Shown here one piece after another: positions 42,938-53,000 of a stretch of 64,000 nt of DNA. Positions within the stretch are counted from its first letter, which is position 1, and the number at the start of each line of letters is the position of its first letter. The notes under the pieces were generated by a model that worked only from the letters and a program-made list of their open reading frames with translations, was not told the origin of the DNA and ran no database searches. Position numbers and translations under genes: made by a program. Origin of the DNA: Clostridiales bacterium (lineage in GTDB: Bacteria; Bacillota; Clostridia; Monoglobales; WRBX01); the NCBI GenBank assembly GCA_031261985.1, contig JAISIR010000001.1, positions 72,009-136,008 on the forward strand, in the 5' to 3' direction.

Positions 42938-45574
42938 TCACTCTATAACTATTCTTTTGTTAGAATCCCAATTTTTATCATACAAACTAATGCGCATTTT
43001 TTTAATATCGCTAAGTTTAGTAATATTCATATCAGATAACTCAATTCTATATTCATAACCATCTGTTTCTGACACAGAATATTTATAAGTAACAGGTAAT
43101 GATGTAAATTCACTATTTTCGTTGAATCTACCAAAGAACCCGCGATTTTCGTATCTAAAAGTATAATATCTATCATATTTATATGGTTCGTCTAATCCTG
43201 TATCAAAAAGCAAATTTATATAAGGGGTATTCTCATTAGTTGGTTTTAAAATGTCATCGATAACAAAAATATGTAAATATTTACTCTTTATCTTAGCATA
43301 TACTTTTAGACCCGATTCATCATAAATTATATCTTGTAAACCCCATTCCTCATTCCATCTATCACTCGATAATTTTCCATCTATAAGAAGGTAATCTTGA
43401 AAACCATTTTCTTCAAAAGTTGGAAGTGTAAAATTGTTTCGAGAATTTTCTTTAAACTCGTCACTTGATTTTTGAACATTTATACTACCTATATAGTTAC
43501 CTCTTATATTACTGTTATATAAATCATAATTAGCAAATTTAACAAATTTTATATCAGGGTCATCTATGGCACTTTCATTGCTACTCATTTGAATATACAC
43601 ATTCCATTCACTTGGATTTAAATCAAATGGAATCCTTGCGACTAAATTATAAGTTTTTGTAGAGCCACATTTTATTTCTTCAGGATTAATATTAAGAGGC
43701 ATTCTATAATACATACCATCTTTTTCTAGCAACAAATAAGTATTATTAATACCAAGTGGATTACCAAAGCCTGTGTTTTCTACACTAAAACTAAGATGAA
43801 GAGCATCTCCTTGCTTAACGGTGTCAGTCAAGCGGCTTTCTTTTAAAACAAAACGGTAACCTAAACGATTAAAGATATAATCGAAGCCATTATGATTCGC
43901 AAATACTTCATCAATTTCTTCAGTAACAGTTTGCCCTTTCCAATATTCAAGCATGGCTAAATCATGAGTTGTATTCAAATAATTAGTGTGCAACAAGCGC
44001 ATTTCTTTATTAACATTAGTTAAATTAGAATATGTCTCACTGCTATACACTGCCTCGCCACCAAAGAAAGTATTAACGGTAAACGGGCTCATATACTCAA
44101 TATCTTCTTCTCTATTATCGTAAGTTCCCATATCACTAGCAGTGCTTAAAAAGGCATCGTTATATTGACCAAAACGCTTAATCACTTCTTCGTTATTATT
44201 AACATGTAAAAGATAATTTCTATAATCCTTCGGCTCTCTAACAGCTATTTCGGTTAAGGGTGAAGAATTTTCAAACATCGCGTCTAAAATTTGGTTTTCA
44301 TAAGTAACATCATTATATTTACTTGTATGCCATTCGCCATAAGCCCCAATATATCCTGCTTGGTAAACAGATATGACGTCATCGTAATTTTTTAATGTGG
44401 GACCAACTTGTTCGATATGCTCTAGCATGGTGCTAAAATTTCCTGGTTCAGTACCTTCACCTCGCCCATATCTAAATCTGATGATGGTTCTAAAGCCATG
44501 TTTTCTATGCACTTCTAGAATATCATTTAAGGCTTCTATACTATCGTTATTAAGAGCGTTATTTAACGATTGGTCTAAGGTTATTATCAATAAAGACAAA
44601 GTCAAATTATCTTGCTCGGCAGCCCCAAGATTAGAATTAACCCTTGTTAGCAAAGCGTTTTTTTCTTCCTCGTTATAAGTGTTGGGCAACGAAAAAGATA
44701 AGTGTACAAAAAAACCTCTGTTCGGATTAGCATATTTTAAAGTGGATTCGTTATAGTTTAAATCTACTAATTGTGTTTTTGATATATCATAGTCTATTTC
44801 TTTGATTTCTGGTGTTGGAGTTATTGTTGGCCCAGACGATGAACCCCCTTTAAGTGCTGGTGTTGTAGTAGGTGTTGGCAACGGTGTCGGGGTCAGCTCG
44901 GGTTCTGGATACTTCTCACGAATATAGGTATTATTGTCTTCTTTCCAATTATCTTCAATATTTTTAAAAATAACAGCGGCTTCTGCACGTCTAAGATTTT
45001 CACTTGGATTGAAATTGCCCCAGTCGTCGCCCTTCATATATCCAGCCTTAACGCACTTTGCAATATCATATTCTGCCCAGTTAGGTATAAAATTTGCATC
45101 GCTAAATCCGCCTAAAATTTCGTCTTTTTCTGCGTTATTATCAATGCTATTATCATTTTTAGAACAATAAGTAATATAATCAAGCATAACCGCTATCTCT
45201 GCTCTAGTTATCGGCTGTTCCGGACGGAATGTACCATCCTCATATCCTGATAAACTAAGCCAATTGGCAACATAACCTATTGCATCATAATAATAAGCAC
45301 TTTGTGGCACATCCAAAAAATATTTTCTTGTTGTAGCAGCACCCTCGAAATTTATAAGCCTATAAATTAGCAAACAAAAATCGCCACGTCTGATGTTTAG
45401 CTGTGGAGAAAACTCGTTCCAGCCTGTGCCTGTGATAATACCACGGTCGGCATAATCCTCGATGGCATTTTCCGCCCAAGGAAAGTTATGTGTATCGGAA
45501 AATGTTGCAGCATATCCCACGGTATTGCAGGAAATTGCCAAGGCAAGCAGGCTTGAGGTTAAAAGTTTTTTCAA
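42938..45574 (-). CDS. SLH-anchored surface protein with DUF4874/DUF4832-like (glycoside-hydrolase-like) core
   Basis: TTG start at 45574 follows AAGGAGG. A signal peptide is followed by three SLH repeats (FSDTHNFPWAENAI.., FLDVPQSAYYYDAI.., FSDANFIPNWAEYD..), a TPTP linker and a large C-terminal region (ANPNRGFF, GYIGAYGEWH). The gene is AT-rich by eye. Confidence 0.75.
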   Translation of the reverse strand: MKKLLTSSLLALAISCNTVGYAATFSDTHNFPWAENAIEDYADRGIITGTGWNEFSPQLNIRRGDFCLLIYRLINFEGAATTRKYFLDVPQSAYYYDAIGYVANWLSLSGYEDGTFRPEQPITRAEIAVMLDYITYCSKNDNSIDNNAEKDEILGGFSDANFIPNWAEYDIAKCVKAGYMKGDDWGNFNPSENLRRAEAAVIFKNIEDNWKEDNNTYIREKYPEPELTPTPLPTPTTTPALKGGSSSGPTITPTPEIKEIDYDISKTQLVDLNYNESTLKYANPNRGFFVHLSFSLPNTYNEEEKNALLTRVNSNLGAAEQDNLTLSLLIITLDQSLNNALNNDSIEALNDILEVHRKHGFRTIIRFRYGRGEGTEPGNFSTMLEHIEQVGPTLKNYDDVISVYQAGYIGAYGEWHTSKYNDVTYENQILDAMFENSSPLTEIAVREPKDYRNYLLHVNNNEEVIKRFGQYNDAFLSTASDMGTYDNREEDIEYMSPFTVNTFFGGEAVYSSETYSNLTNVNKEMRLLHTNYLNTTHDLAMLEYWKGQTVTEEIDEVFANHNGFDYIFNRLGYRFVLKESRLTDTVKQGDALHLSFSVENTGFGNPLGINNTYLLLEKDGMYYRMPLNINPEEIKCGSTKTYNLVARIPFDLNPSEWNVYIQMSSNESAIDDPDIKFVKFANYDLYNSNIRGNYIGSINVQKSSDEFKENSRNNFTLPTFEENGFQDYLLIDGKLSSDRWNEEWGLQDIIYDESGLKVYAKIKSKYLHIFVIDDILKPTNENTPYINLLFDTGLDEPYKYDRYYTFRYENRGFFGRFNENSEFTSLPVTYKYSVSETDGYEYRIELSDMNITKLSDIKKMRISLYDKNWDSNKRIVIE

Positions 45575-45622
45575 AAAAAGTCCTCCTTTATTCGAGGGGT
45601 AAAAAGTGTGGGGAATCATCTT

Positions 45623-46513
45623 TTACGCAAACATCAAAAGAAAAATGCTTGCGACGGCAAGGATTATGCCAAGAGAAAGCCTTAGCCAATTACTTTTGAA
45701 ATCTATTTCTTTAAAGATGAATATACCTATTAAAACCGTCCACACACCGTTGAACTGGATTATTGTTTGAGCCACCGAGCCGGGGATGATTTTGTTTGCA
45801 ATAATCGAGAATAATTGACCGCTAGTGTATATTGCGCCTGCAATTAAGCCCAAGAGATTATCGCGAGCGAAGGGCTTTGCGAGCTGAGATAAATTCTTAT
45901 TCTGAGCTAAAACGAAAATTGACATTGTTATAAAAGCAAACACGCTAAAGCAAATTTGCTGAGTTGATATAACATCATTATTAATAGTTACTATTTTTTC
46001 GAGTAAGCCACAAGTTCCAAAAATCAGTGAAGATGAGGCGGCAAGCATGACCCCTCGCTTTATAAACTTAACTTCGCTCTCACTCTTTTTGATAGTAAAT
46101 AATGTTGCAGATAGTAAAATTGTAATAGCGGCGGCGATTATAAAAAGGTAGTTAGAAGTTTTGTATTCGGCGAGGAAAATCAGGCAAAGCATAGCACCGA
46201 TAACACCTTGCAGATTCTTCCATTGGTTGCATCTAGATAGCCCGATATCGTCTATGCTTTTGTTGAACATAACTATCCCGAGCGACCATAAACAGCCCAC
46301 CAGGCAGGATAAAAGCAAATATGGGTTGGCAAAACTTTGGAACGCTCCGCTTAACAGGCTCTCGCAAAGGTAAAACATTATCGAAACAACGCTTGCGCCT
46401 AGGGCGATAAACATTGTGTAAACGGCGGGCGGAGTTTTGGCAAACTTGCGAGGGATAGCGTAAAAACTTCTAAATAGTGATGTTATTAGAACAAATATGT
46501 ATCCTATTGGCAT
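45623..46513 (-). CDS. DMT-superfamily (GRP/RhaT-like) sugar transporter
   Basis: 296 aa with ten hydrophobic spans in two EamA-like halves. Confidence 0.55.
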   Translation of the reverse strand: MPIGYIFVLITSLFRSFYAIPRKFAKTPPAVYTMFIALGASVVSIMFYLCESLLSGAFQSFANPYLLLSCLVGCLWSLGIVMFNKSIDDIGLSRCNQWKNLQGVIGAMLCLIFLAEYKTSNYLFIIAAAITILLSATLFTIKKSESEVKFIKRGVMLAASSSLIFGTCGLLEKIVTINNDVISTQQICFSVFAFITMSIFVLAQNKNLSQLAKPFARDNLLGLIAGAIYTSGQLFSIIANKIIPGSVAQTIIQFNGVWTVLIGIFIFKEIDFKSNWLRLSLGIILAVASIFLLMFA

Positions 46514-46515
46514 AA

Positions 46516-47064
46516 TTATTTCTCCTCGCTTTCTTTTTTAATATCAAACCTATAAATCGAAATTGCCATCATAATATCTTGAATAATTAGCGAAATCCCG
46601 TCGACAATCGCGCCCACAGGGAAGCAATATATCGCCCAAAGTGCGTCGCTTATGAAGAAGCAAATCCTCGTAATTTTAGCGTTTTGCTGCCAGAGGGCGT
46701 ATGTCGCAAACAGCCCGCCAACGATTGCGCCGAGCGTGATATATCCCGTCCAAGTCGCGATGCCGTTAGCAATTATTATCGCAAAAAATATTATTAGTAT
46801 TGAAATATTTGGCTTTTTCTTTTTAATTAGGAATATGTAAAAAACAAGGCAGCGGATAATGTGGTAAACCGCCATAAAAGTGCCCGTCCAAGCCGATAGT
46901 AATATAAATTGCAAGAGATTGAAAATGTTAGAAATCGTGTTATAGAATATGATGTTTTTCTGCAATTTCTTCTGAGTTGCGATAATCTCAAACGCAAAAG
47001 TTAACGCACCAAAAACTTGCGCTAATATAAATAATGGGTTTGTAAATATCTCTTGTATGTTCAT
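46516..47064 (-). CDS. YgjV-like inner membrane protein
   Basis: 182 aa with 5-6 TM spans. Paralogous in pattern to 49122..49646. Confidence 0.5.
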   Translation of the reverse strand: MNIQEIFTNPLFILAQVFGALTFAFEIIATQKKLQKNIIFYNTISNIFNLLQFILLSAWTGTFMAVYHIIRCLVFYIFLIKKKKPNISILIIFFAIIIANGIATWTGYITLGAIVGGLFATYALWQQNAKITRICFFISDALWAIYCFPVGAIVDGISLIIQDIMMAISIYRFDIKKESEEK

Positions 47065-47071
47065 ATTTCTC

Positions 47072-47833
47072 CTATATTATATCTATTATAAGCTTAATAA
47101 AGAGCCCTGCAAATACTATAATAAACAGAGGCTTCATAATTTTTTCGCTAGTTTTTAGTGCAACACTCGCGCCGACTATATTTCCAAGTATCGAGCAAAC
47201 AGCGGCAGGGGCGGCTATCCATAAAATTACGTTGCCAGAGATTAAAAAGTTAATCATTGCCGTTAAATCAATAAGGCAGTTAAATATGCGAGAGTTGCCG
47301 ATGGCAGATTTTGTTGAGATTTTGAAAATGCTAGTTAAGGCTAGAATTAAAAAACTTGCAACACCTGCACCTAAAACTCCGCCATAAACGCCAAGCATAA
47401 GCCCAAAAATTATCGATAAAATACTAAAGCGTGTTTTAGATATTTCTGAATTTTCCGTTGGTTTTTCTTTAAAATCGCCTTTTATAACAAGAAAAATTAT
47501 AAGTATAGGCAGGGCGGCAATTAGCAAATATTTTAAGTAAGTTTCGTTTATGGCGAGCGATAATCTTGCCCCTAAATGCGAGCCGATTATTGCGAACGCT
47601 CCAAAAATAGGGATAATCCGCCAATCGACAGCTTTGTTTTTTATGTACTTAATGGCTCCTGCAAACGAGCCGACGAAGCTGGAAAATTTGTTCGTGCCAT
47701 AAGCTGCGTGAGCAGGAATCCCGACGGCAAGGTATGTAGGTAGCGTAATTAACGCACCGCTCCCGACTATTGCGTCAAGAACTCCGCCGATAAATATCAG
47801 CGGACATATTATAAAAAGCATATCATAAGGCAT
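47072..47833 (-). CDS. TauE/SafE-family anion (sulfite) exporter
   Basis: 253 aa with a two-fold repeat of 4 TM and glycine-rich VGSGALITLP / GGVLGAGVASF motifs. Confidence 0.7.
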   Translation of the reverse strand: MPYDMLFIICPLIFIGGVLDAIVGSGALITLPTYLAVGIPAHAAYGTNKFSSFVGSFAGAIKYIKNKAVDWRIIPIFGAFAIIGSHLGARLSLAINETYLKYLLIAALPILIIFLVIKGDFKEKPTENSEISKTRFSILSIIFGLMLGVYGGVLGAGVASFLILALTSIFKISTKSAIGNSRIFNCLIDLTAMINFLISGNVILWIAAPAAVCSILGNIVGASVALKTSEKIMKPLFIIVFAGLFIKLIIDII

Positions 47834-47879
47834 AGTTCCTGCTCACTTTCTATCTGGTTTATTTTTTGACAAACCATAC

Positions 47880-48437
47880 TTACTTTACTTCAATATCATA
47901 CTCTACAACCTTGCAATTCGGCGTCCTATGCACTTGAGTTTTCTGATGTTCGTTTCCTTCAAAATAAATTTTCAAACACCTAGCAATTCCACCATGTGCT
48001 ACAACTAACACATTTTTGCCTTGATATTTCGCCTTTACATCGTCAAGAAAAGCTTCGACCCTTGACATTACATCGTCAAAAGTTTCGCCATTAGGAACAG
48101 GTGTCGGGTTTTCCTTATAAACCCTCAGCTGCAGCTTGTCAGCTTCTTCGTAAGATATCCCCTCCCAGTCGCCATAGCTACGCTCGATAATTCTCTCGTC
48201 TTCGATAATTTTAATATCTCTATCGCCAATAACAATTTTGGCTCTATCTTTTGCGCGTGATAGCGGAGAAGTTATGCAGATATCAATATCAAGCTTGTCT
48301 ACCTCTAATTTTTCCTCCTCTGCTTGCTTAATGCCAGTTGCGTTTAAAGGATTATCTACACACCCTTGAATTTTCCCAAGAGCGTTCCAGTCTGTTTGCC
48401 CATGCCTTAAAAAGTATATTTTATTCATTTCGTTCAC
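47880..48437 (-). CDS. Histidine phosphatase (phosphoglycerate-mutase-like) family protein
   Basis: Catalytic RHGQTDWN near the N-terminus and VVAHGG near the C-terminus. Confidence 0.85.
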   Translation of the reverse strand: MNEMNKIYFLRHGQTDWNALGKIQGCVDNPLNATGIKQAEEEKLEVDKLDIDICITSPLSRAKDRAKIVIGDRDIKIIEDERIIERSYGDWEGISYEEADKLQLRVYKENPTPVPNGETFDDVMSRVEAFLDDVKAKYQGKNVLVVAHGGIARCLKIYFEGNEHQKTQVHRTPNCKVVEYDIEVK

Positions 48438-48647
48438 CTTTTTTTAATATGTAGTGTGTTCAAATTGCCGACCCGCCCGGCAATTTCTTTGGTTATATCT
48501 TTATTGTATCACAGCATCTATTTTTAGTCAATAGCGGGGTGCTGTTCGTTTTTAAGACTGGTTTTAATTAAATTTGCTATAACTATTGCAATTTATATTG
48601 TTATGTGATAAAATGTAAAAGTATATTGGTATGAAAGGATAATTGAT

Positions 48648-49109
48648 ATGGACGGAGCGATAAAACTCATACACACAAACGGAGCAGATATTGATTTTGT
48701 CGAGCTGACCAATCAATTAGATGATGACCTAAACGAATTGATAGGAGCAAAAAAGCGTCGGCAATTTCATAGATATAATCAATTAGATGTTATCAAAGAT
48801 GTTTTTATAGCTTATGTGGATAATATTCCAGCTGCATGTGGTGGGTTTAAAAAATATAGCGAGGGCGTCGCCGAAATTAAACGTGTGTTTACCAAGCCAG
48901 AATATAGAGGAATGGGCTTGAGTAAAAGGATAATGCAGGAAATTGAAAGACTTGCGCGTGCAAGCGGTTATGACTCTTTAATTTTAGAAACAGGGGATAT
49001 GCTAAAATCGGCTGTTAAAATGTATGAAAACTTAGGATACATAAGAATGCCGAATTATCCGCCTTACGAAAGCTCGACAATATCTATATGTATGAAAAAA
49101 GAGATATAA
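48648..49109 (+). CDS. GNAT-family N-acetyltransferase
   Basis: Acetyl-CoA motif A region VFTKPEYRGMGLSKRIMQEIE; 153 aa. Confidence 0.85.
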   Translation: MDGAIKLIHTNGADIDFVELTNQLDDDLNELIGAKKRRQFHRYNQLDVIKDVFIAYVDNIPAACGGFKKYSEGVAEIKRVFTKPEYRGMGLSKRIMQEIERLARASGYDSLILETGDMLKSAVKMYENLGYIRMPNYPPYESSTISICMKKEI

Positions 49110-49121
49110 GAGGAGTTTTAA

Positions 49122-49646
49122 ATGATGGGCATTAATCAAATTATAGCACAAATTGTCGGCGTAATTTTAACTATACTTTGTATAATACTTCCGCACTTTA
49201 AAAAGAAATCGACGCTTATGTTTTGGAATATTGTGGCTAATTTATTGTGGGCGTTGCAATTCTTCTTGGTAGGTGGAGCAATTGCAGGAGGGCTTACAGG
49301 GTTGGTTGCAACGGCTCGCTCGATTACTTTTTACCATTATTCTACTAAAGATAAAAGAGCTCCGTTTTGGGTTATGATTTTGTTTGTAGCTTTGCAATTA
49401 ATATTTGTGGCTATAACTTGGAACGGTTGGCTGTGCATATTTATGATAACATCTGCTTGTAATGCTTATGGGCAATGGCAAAAAGATTTGAAAATTTTGC
49501 GGATAATGCTGATAATCGCCACGTTATCAAACGGATTTTATTGCTTACTAACAGGGGCATACGCAGGCGTGGTGAACGAATGGTTGCAAACGGTTTCGTG
49601 CTTTATTGCGCTATGGAGATTTAGGAAAGTAAAAAATATAACTTAA
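49122..49646 (+). CDS. YgjV-like inner membrane protein
   Basis: 174 aa with 5 TM spans and a pattern similar to 46516..47064. Confidence 0.5.
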   Translation: MMGINQIIAQIVGVILTILCIILPHFKKKSTLMFWNIVANLLWALQFFLVGGAIAGGLTGLVATARSITFYHYSTKDKRAPFWVMILFVALQLIFVAITWNGWLCIFMITSACNAYGQWQKDLKILRIMLIIATLSNGFYCLLTGAYAGVVNEWLQTVSCFIALWRFRKVKNIT

Positions 49647-49678
49647 AATTACTCTTATTACATTTGCGGCAGCAATAT

Positions 49679-49720
49679 AAAAACGCTTCGGCTCGAAGAA
49701 ATCGGCTAAAGCGTTTTTAT
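49679..49720 (+). terminator. Terminator after the YgjV-like gene 49122..49646
   Basis: AAAAACGCTT...AAGCGTTTTT gives a 10-bp outer stem followed by a T-run. Confidence 0.55.
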
Positions 49721-49729
49721 TATATAAAT

Positions 49730-49918
49730 ACGCTGCGCGCGAATAAATCGCGCTTCGCTCGTCGCAACTGCTTCACGCGGCTAGTTTTTTGCAAAAATCG
49801 CAAAAACGTCGCTTTTGTTCCGCGTTGCTCCTCTTATCCCACAAAACGGAACTCGCGTTTTGTAGGAGCCCTTTTGTTATTTGGATATTTTTGCGGACAA
49901 GCTCGCAAAAATCTGTTT
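49730..49918 (+). repeat. Two-hairpin repeat, copy R3a, carrying a ~110-nt insertion in its linker
   Basis: The 5' half ACGCTGCGCGCGAATAAATCGCGCTTCGCT and the 3' half TTATTTGGAT-ATTTTTGCG-GACAAGCT-CGCAAAAAT are separated by extra structured sequence. Confidence 0.7.
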
Positions 49919-49931
49919 GCATTATACACAC

Positions 49932-50010
49932 ACGCTGCGCGCGAATAAATCGCGCTTCGCTTCTAAAGTAATTTGGATATTTTTGCAGACAAGCTCGCAA
50001 AAATCTGTTT
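49932..50010 (+). repeat. Two-hairpin repeat, copy R3b
   Basis: ACGCTGCGCGCGAATAAATCGCGCTTCGCTTCTAAAGTAATTTGGAT-ATTTTTGCA-GACAAGCT-CGCAAAAAT-CTGTTT. Confidence 0.8.
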
Positions 50011-50043
50011 CTATATATACATATTTAACTATTAACCAAACGC

Positions 50044-53000
50044 TTAATTCTCTAGCACTTCACCTGAGGGAGAGGTTATGTTATACGCTGGTGTGATGTT
50101 ATAAAACGGTACAGAAACTGTCTTGTAATACAAGTAACTTGCTCTTGTTAAGTCTTCTACACCTGTATAAATTGTACCATCAGATTTATACACGCCGCCT
50201 AGTTTATTAAGGTCGCCACTTAAAACGCCAAAGAATGCAGGGGTATCGGTTATATGGGCAAGGGTAGAAGTAGAGCTATCGGCACCTATGATACTTAATT
50301 GAGGGGTAGTTGCAAAACCAACATATCTACCTTCTTTTGCAGCGACGGAAGAAATGTTGCCGCTGACAGTTGAGCTGGTAATGTCAATTGCTCCTGCCTC
50401 GGTTGTCTCTGCCATGCTGATAAGCCCGCCCGCAAACTCTTCATCTGTTTGCGTTACGTCGCCTTCGTACGAAGAATCGGTTATTGATATATTATTTGCG
50501 TACACTTTATTGATAAACCCAGCAGCTTTTGTATTACCAACAACGTGAACGTCATTTAAGATAATATCGCCTAGCGTTGTAAGCTTGTCAAAAAGCCCTG
50601 CTGTTGTTTCTTGGCTAAAGGTTTGAGTGAAGCCATTTAGGGTTATATCCCCAGCTGTTTTTTCGCCAGTGAACATTGCACCTTTACCGTTTAGGATATT
50701 TAGATTGAAGTCGGTCATATTAATATCCCCATCGTACAAGTCCATAGGTGCAAAGCGTGTGTTGCGTGAGTTGTTGTTGGCTACCTCTATATCTACATTG
50801 GTTAGGTTGAATGTGCCTGTTTTAGAGTAGGTGCTGGTAAAGACTGATGCAATAATAGATGAATCAGCAAAATCGATAACTCTAGCAGGCGTTTCAGTTG
50901 TATTAACCAAGTTTTCTACTTTAATATCGCTATTAATAATGTTAAAATCGACATTGGTTTGTGCGTAAATTGAAATTAATGTAGAGCTTAAATCGCCGCC
51001 GAGGGTTGCGTTATAGCCATCAATTTCTGCTCTTGGGACGTTATAATAATATGCTAAAGCACTTTTACCTAAGAAGGCTGTAGGTGCGGAATCAATAGTG
51101 CGAGATGTTCCTCTGACGTTCACATTATTCATTATTAATTTACCAGAATTCATTACTATAATCCCTGCGAAACCGTTGGCGCCTATAGTATGCTCGTCGT
51201 AAGTTGTAGGGCCTGCTTCTGGCGTTTCGGTTTCTTCTGCCGCTTTAACAAAGCCTTTTGGTTGCATTGAATTATCTAATGACGATGCTAAAGCAAAAGT
51301 TTTTAATCTTAGCCATTTTTCGCCACCGAACAATTTATGAGAGTATTCGTGTCCGTTGGCAGCTTCCATGATATCGTAATACCCCCAAAAGTCTGGGCTT
51401 AAATCTGGGAAGGTTATAACGTCCATTTGGTCTATTGCTTCTTTATCGGCTGAGCGGTTTAAGTATACATTTATTAGGCGTGCAGCCTCTGCCCTTGTAA
51501 TGCTATTTTTAGGGCGTGCTGTGCCGTCGTCATAACCCACCATTACTTTGCGTTCGGCTAGAATATTTATACCTCTTGCGTACCATTCGTTTGCAGGCAC
51601 ATCGCTAAAATAGTCGTTGCGTGTAGGTTGATAGCTATCATCTTCGGCAAAACGAGCTAGCATGGTTGCAAATTCTGCGCGGGTTACACTTTGTTTAGGC
51701 CTAAACTCGCCGTCTTCGTAACCTTGAACAACTTTTGCATTAGATAGTGTTTCGATAGATGATGTACTCCAAATATCTGCCTCAACATCTGGGAAGGTAA
51801 CTATTTTACTATAGTAAGCAGTTCGGCTTTGTTCGGTTAAAAGGTTAAATATAATAGTAGAAAGTTCTTGGCGAGTAAGGTTGTTGTTAGGACGGATTTC
51901 ACCATCTTCGTAACCTGTTAGGTATTGAATATGCTCTACATCGTTAAGCTCGGGTGAAGGGCTAGGTTTAGGGCTTGGAACAGCACTTGGGCTAGGCGAT
52001 GGTTTTAGTGAAGGACTAGGTGATGGTCGCTTACCGCCTGAAGGTGCCTTTGCCGATGGAGAAGGGCTTGGGTCGGGCGAAGGTGATGGTGAAGGTGATG
52101 GACTTGGTGAAGGACTTGGTTCTGGTGAAGGGCTAGGTGATGGTTCTGGCGAAGGTGATGGTGAAGGACTAGGAGATGGCTCGGGCGAAGGAGATGGTTC
52201 TGGTGAAGGGCTAGGCGGTGGTGGAGGGTTGATATAAATATCGTTAAATTGCATAGTTCCACCAGACTTAGATAAATATCTTGCAAACGTTCCATCGTCG
52301 GCGAATGTGCGGCTAGAAGGGGTGCTTATATTACCGGTAATTATCATATCGTTTACTATAAAATCGCCTGTGTTGCCGCCCAAGTAAGAAGCAAAGGCAG
52401 CTGAGCCACCAAGGTTTTCACCTGTAATTGTTATGTGCTCAAAAAGGGCTGAATTAGCCTGGTTATATCCGATTAAACCTGCTGTTGCAACAAAATTTGC
52501 ATCAGGAGCAGAAACGCTTCCCATAATATCTATATTACGCGCAGTTATATTTTGGGCAGTAGTATAGTAGAATAAACCTGCCCAACCAAGGTCTCCAGTG
52601 TATTCTATATCGTCGATTTGTATATTAGTACAAACTCCGCTGCCGACAAATCCTGCAGAATAGTTAGCAGATTTCCCTGCATTACCAAAAACTCTTATGG
52701 TTTTTGCATCAAAATTATAGCAGTTTACATACTCTATAAACCCTGACCTAGCAAAGTTTTTGCCGTTCATTGTAATGTTCTCAAATTTTGGTGTGACACT
52801 TGCGCTGTTGCTGCCAAAGTAGTTATCCATAAATCCATGGGTATTTAGCGTTCCATCATTGATGGTAACGTCTACATTTTTGACGGTAAAATCGGGGCAA
52901 TTTGCATGGAATACAAAACCGCTACCAGGGATTTCGTCACTTTCGATTGTAATTTCGTTAAAATTTGCTTTATTATTACGCATTGCATATATAAATCCGC

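Noticed and set aside
49664-50096. Track ORFs 49664..49948 +, 49773..50000 -, 49789..49971 + and 49881..50096 + in the convergent intergenic region.
   Set aside because: They lie entirely within tandem copies of the two-hairpin repeat. They have no SD, they overlap each other in several frames, and their sequences are repeat-derived.
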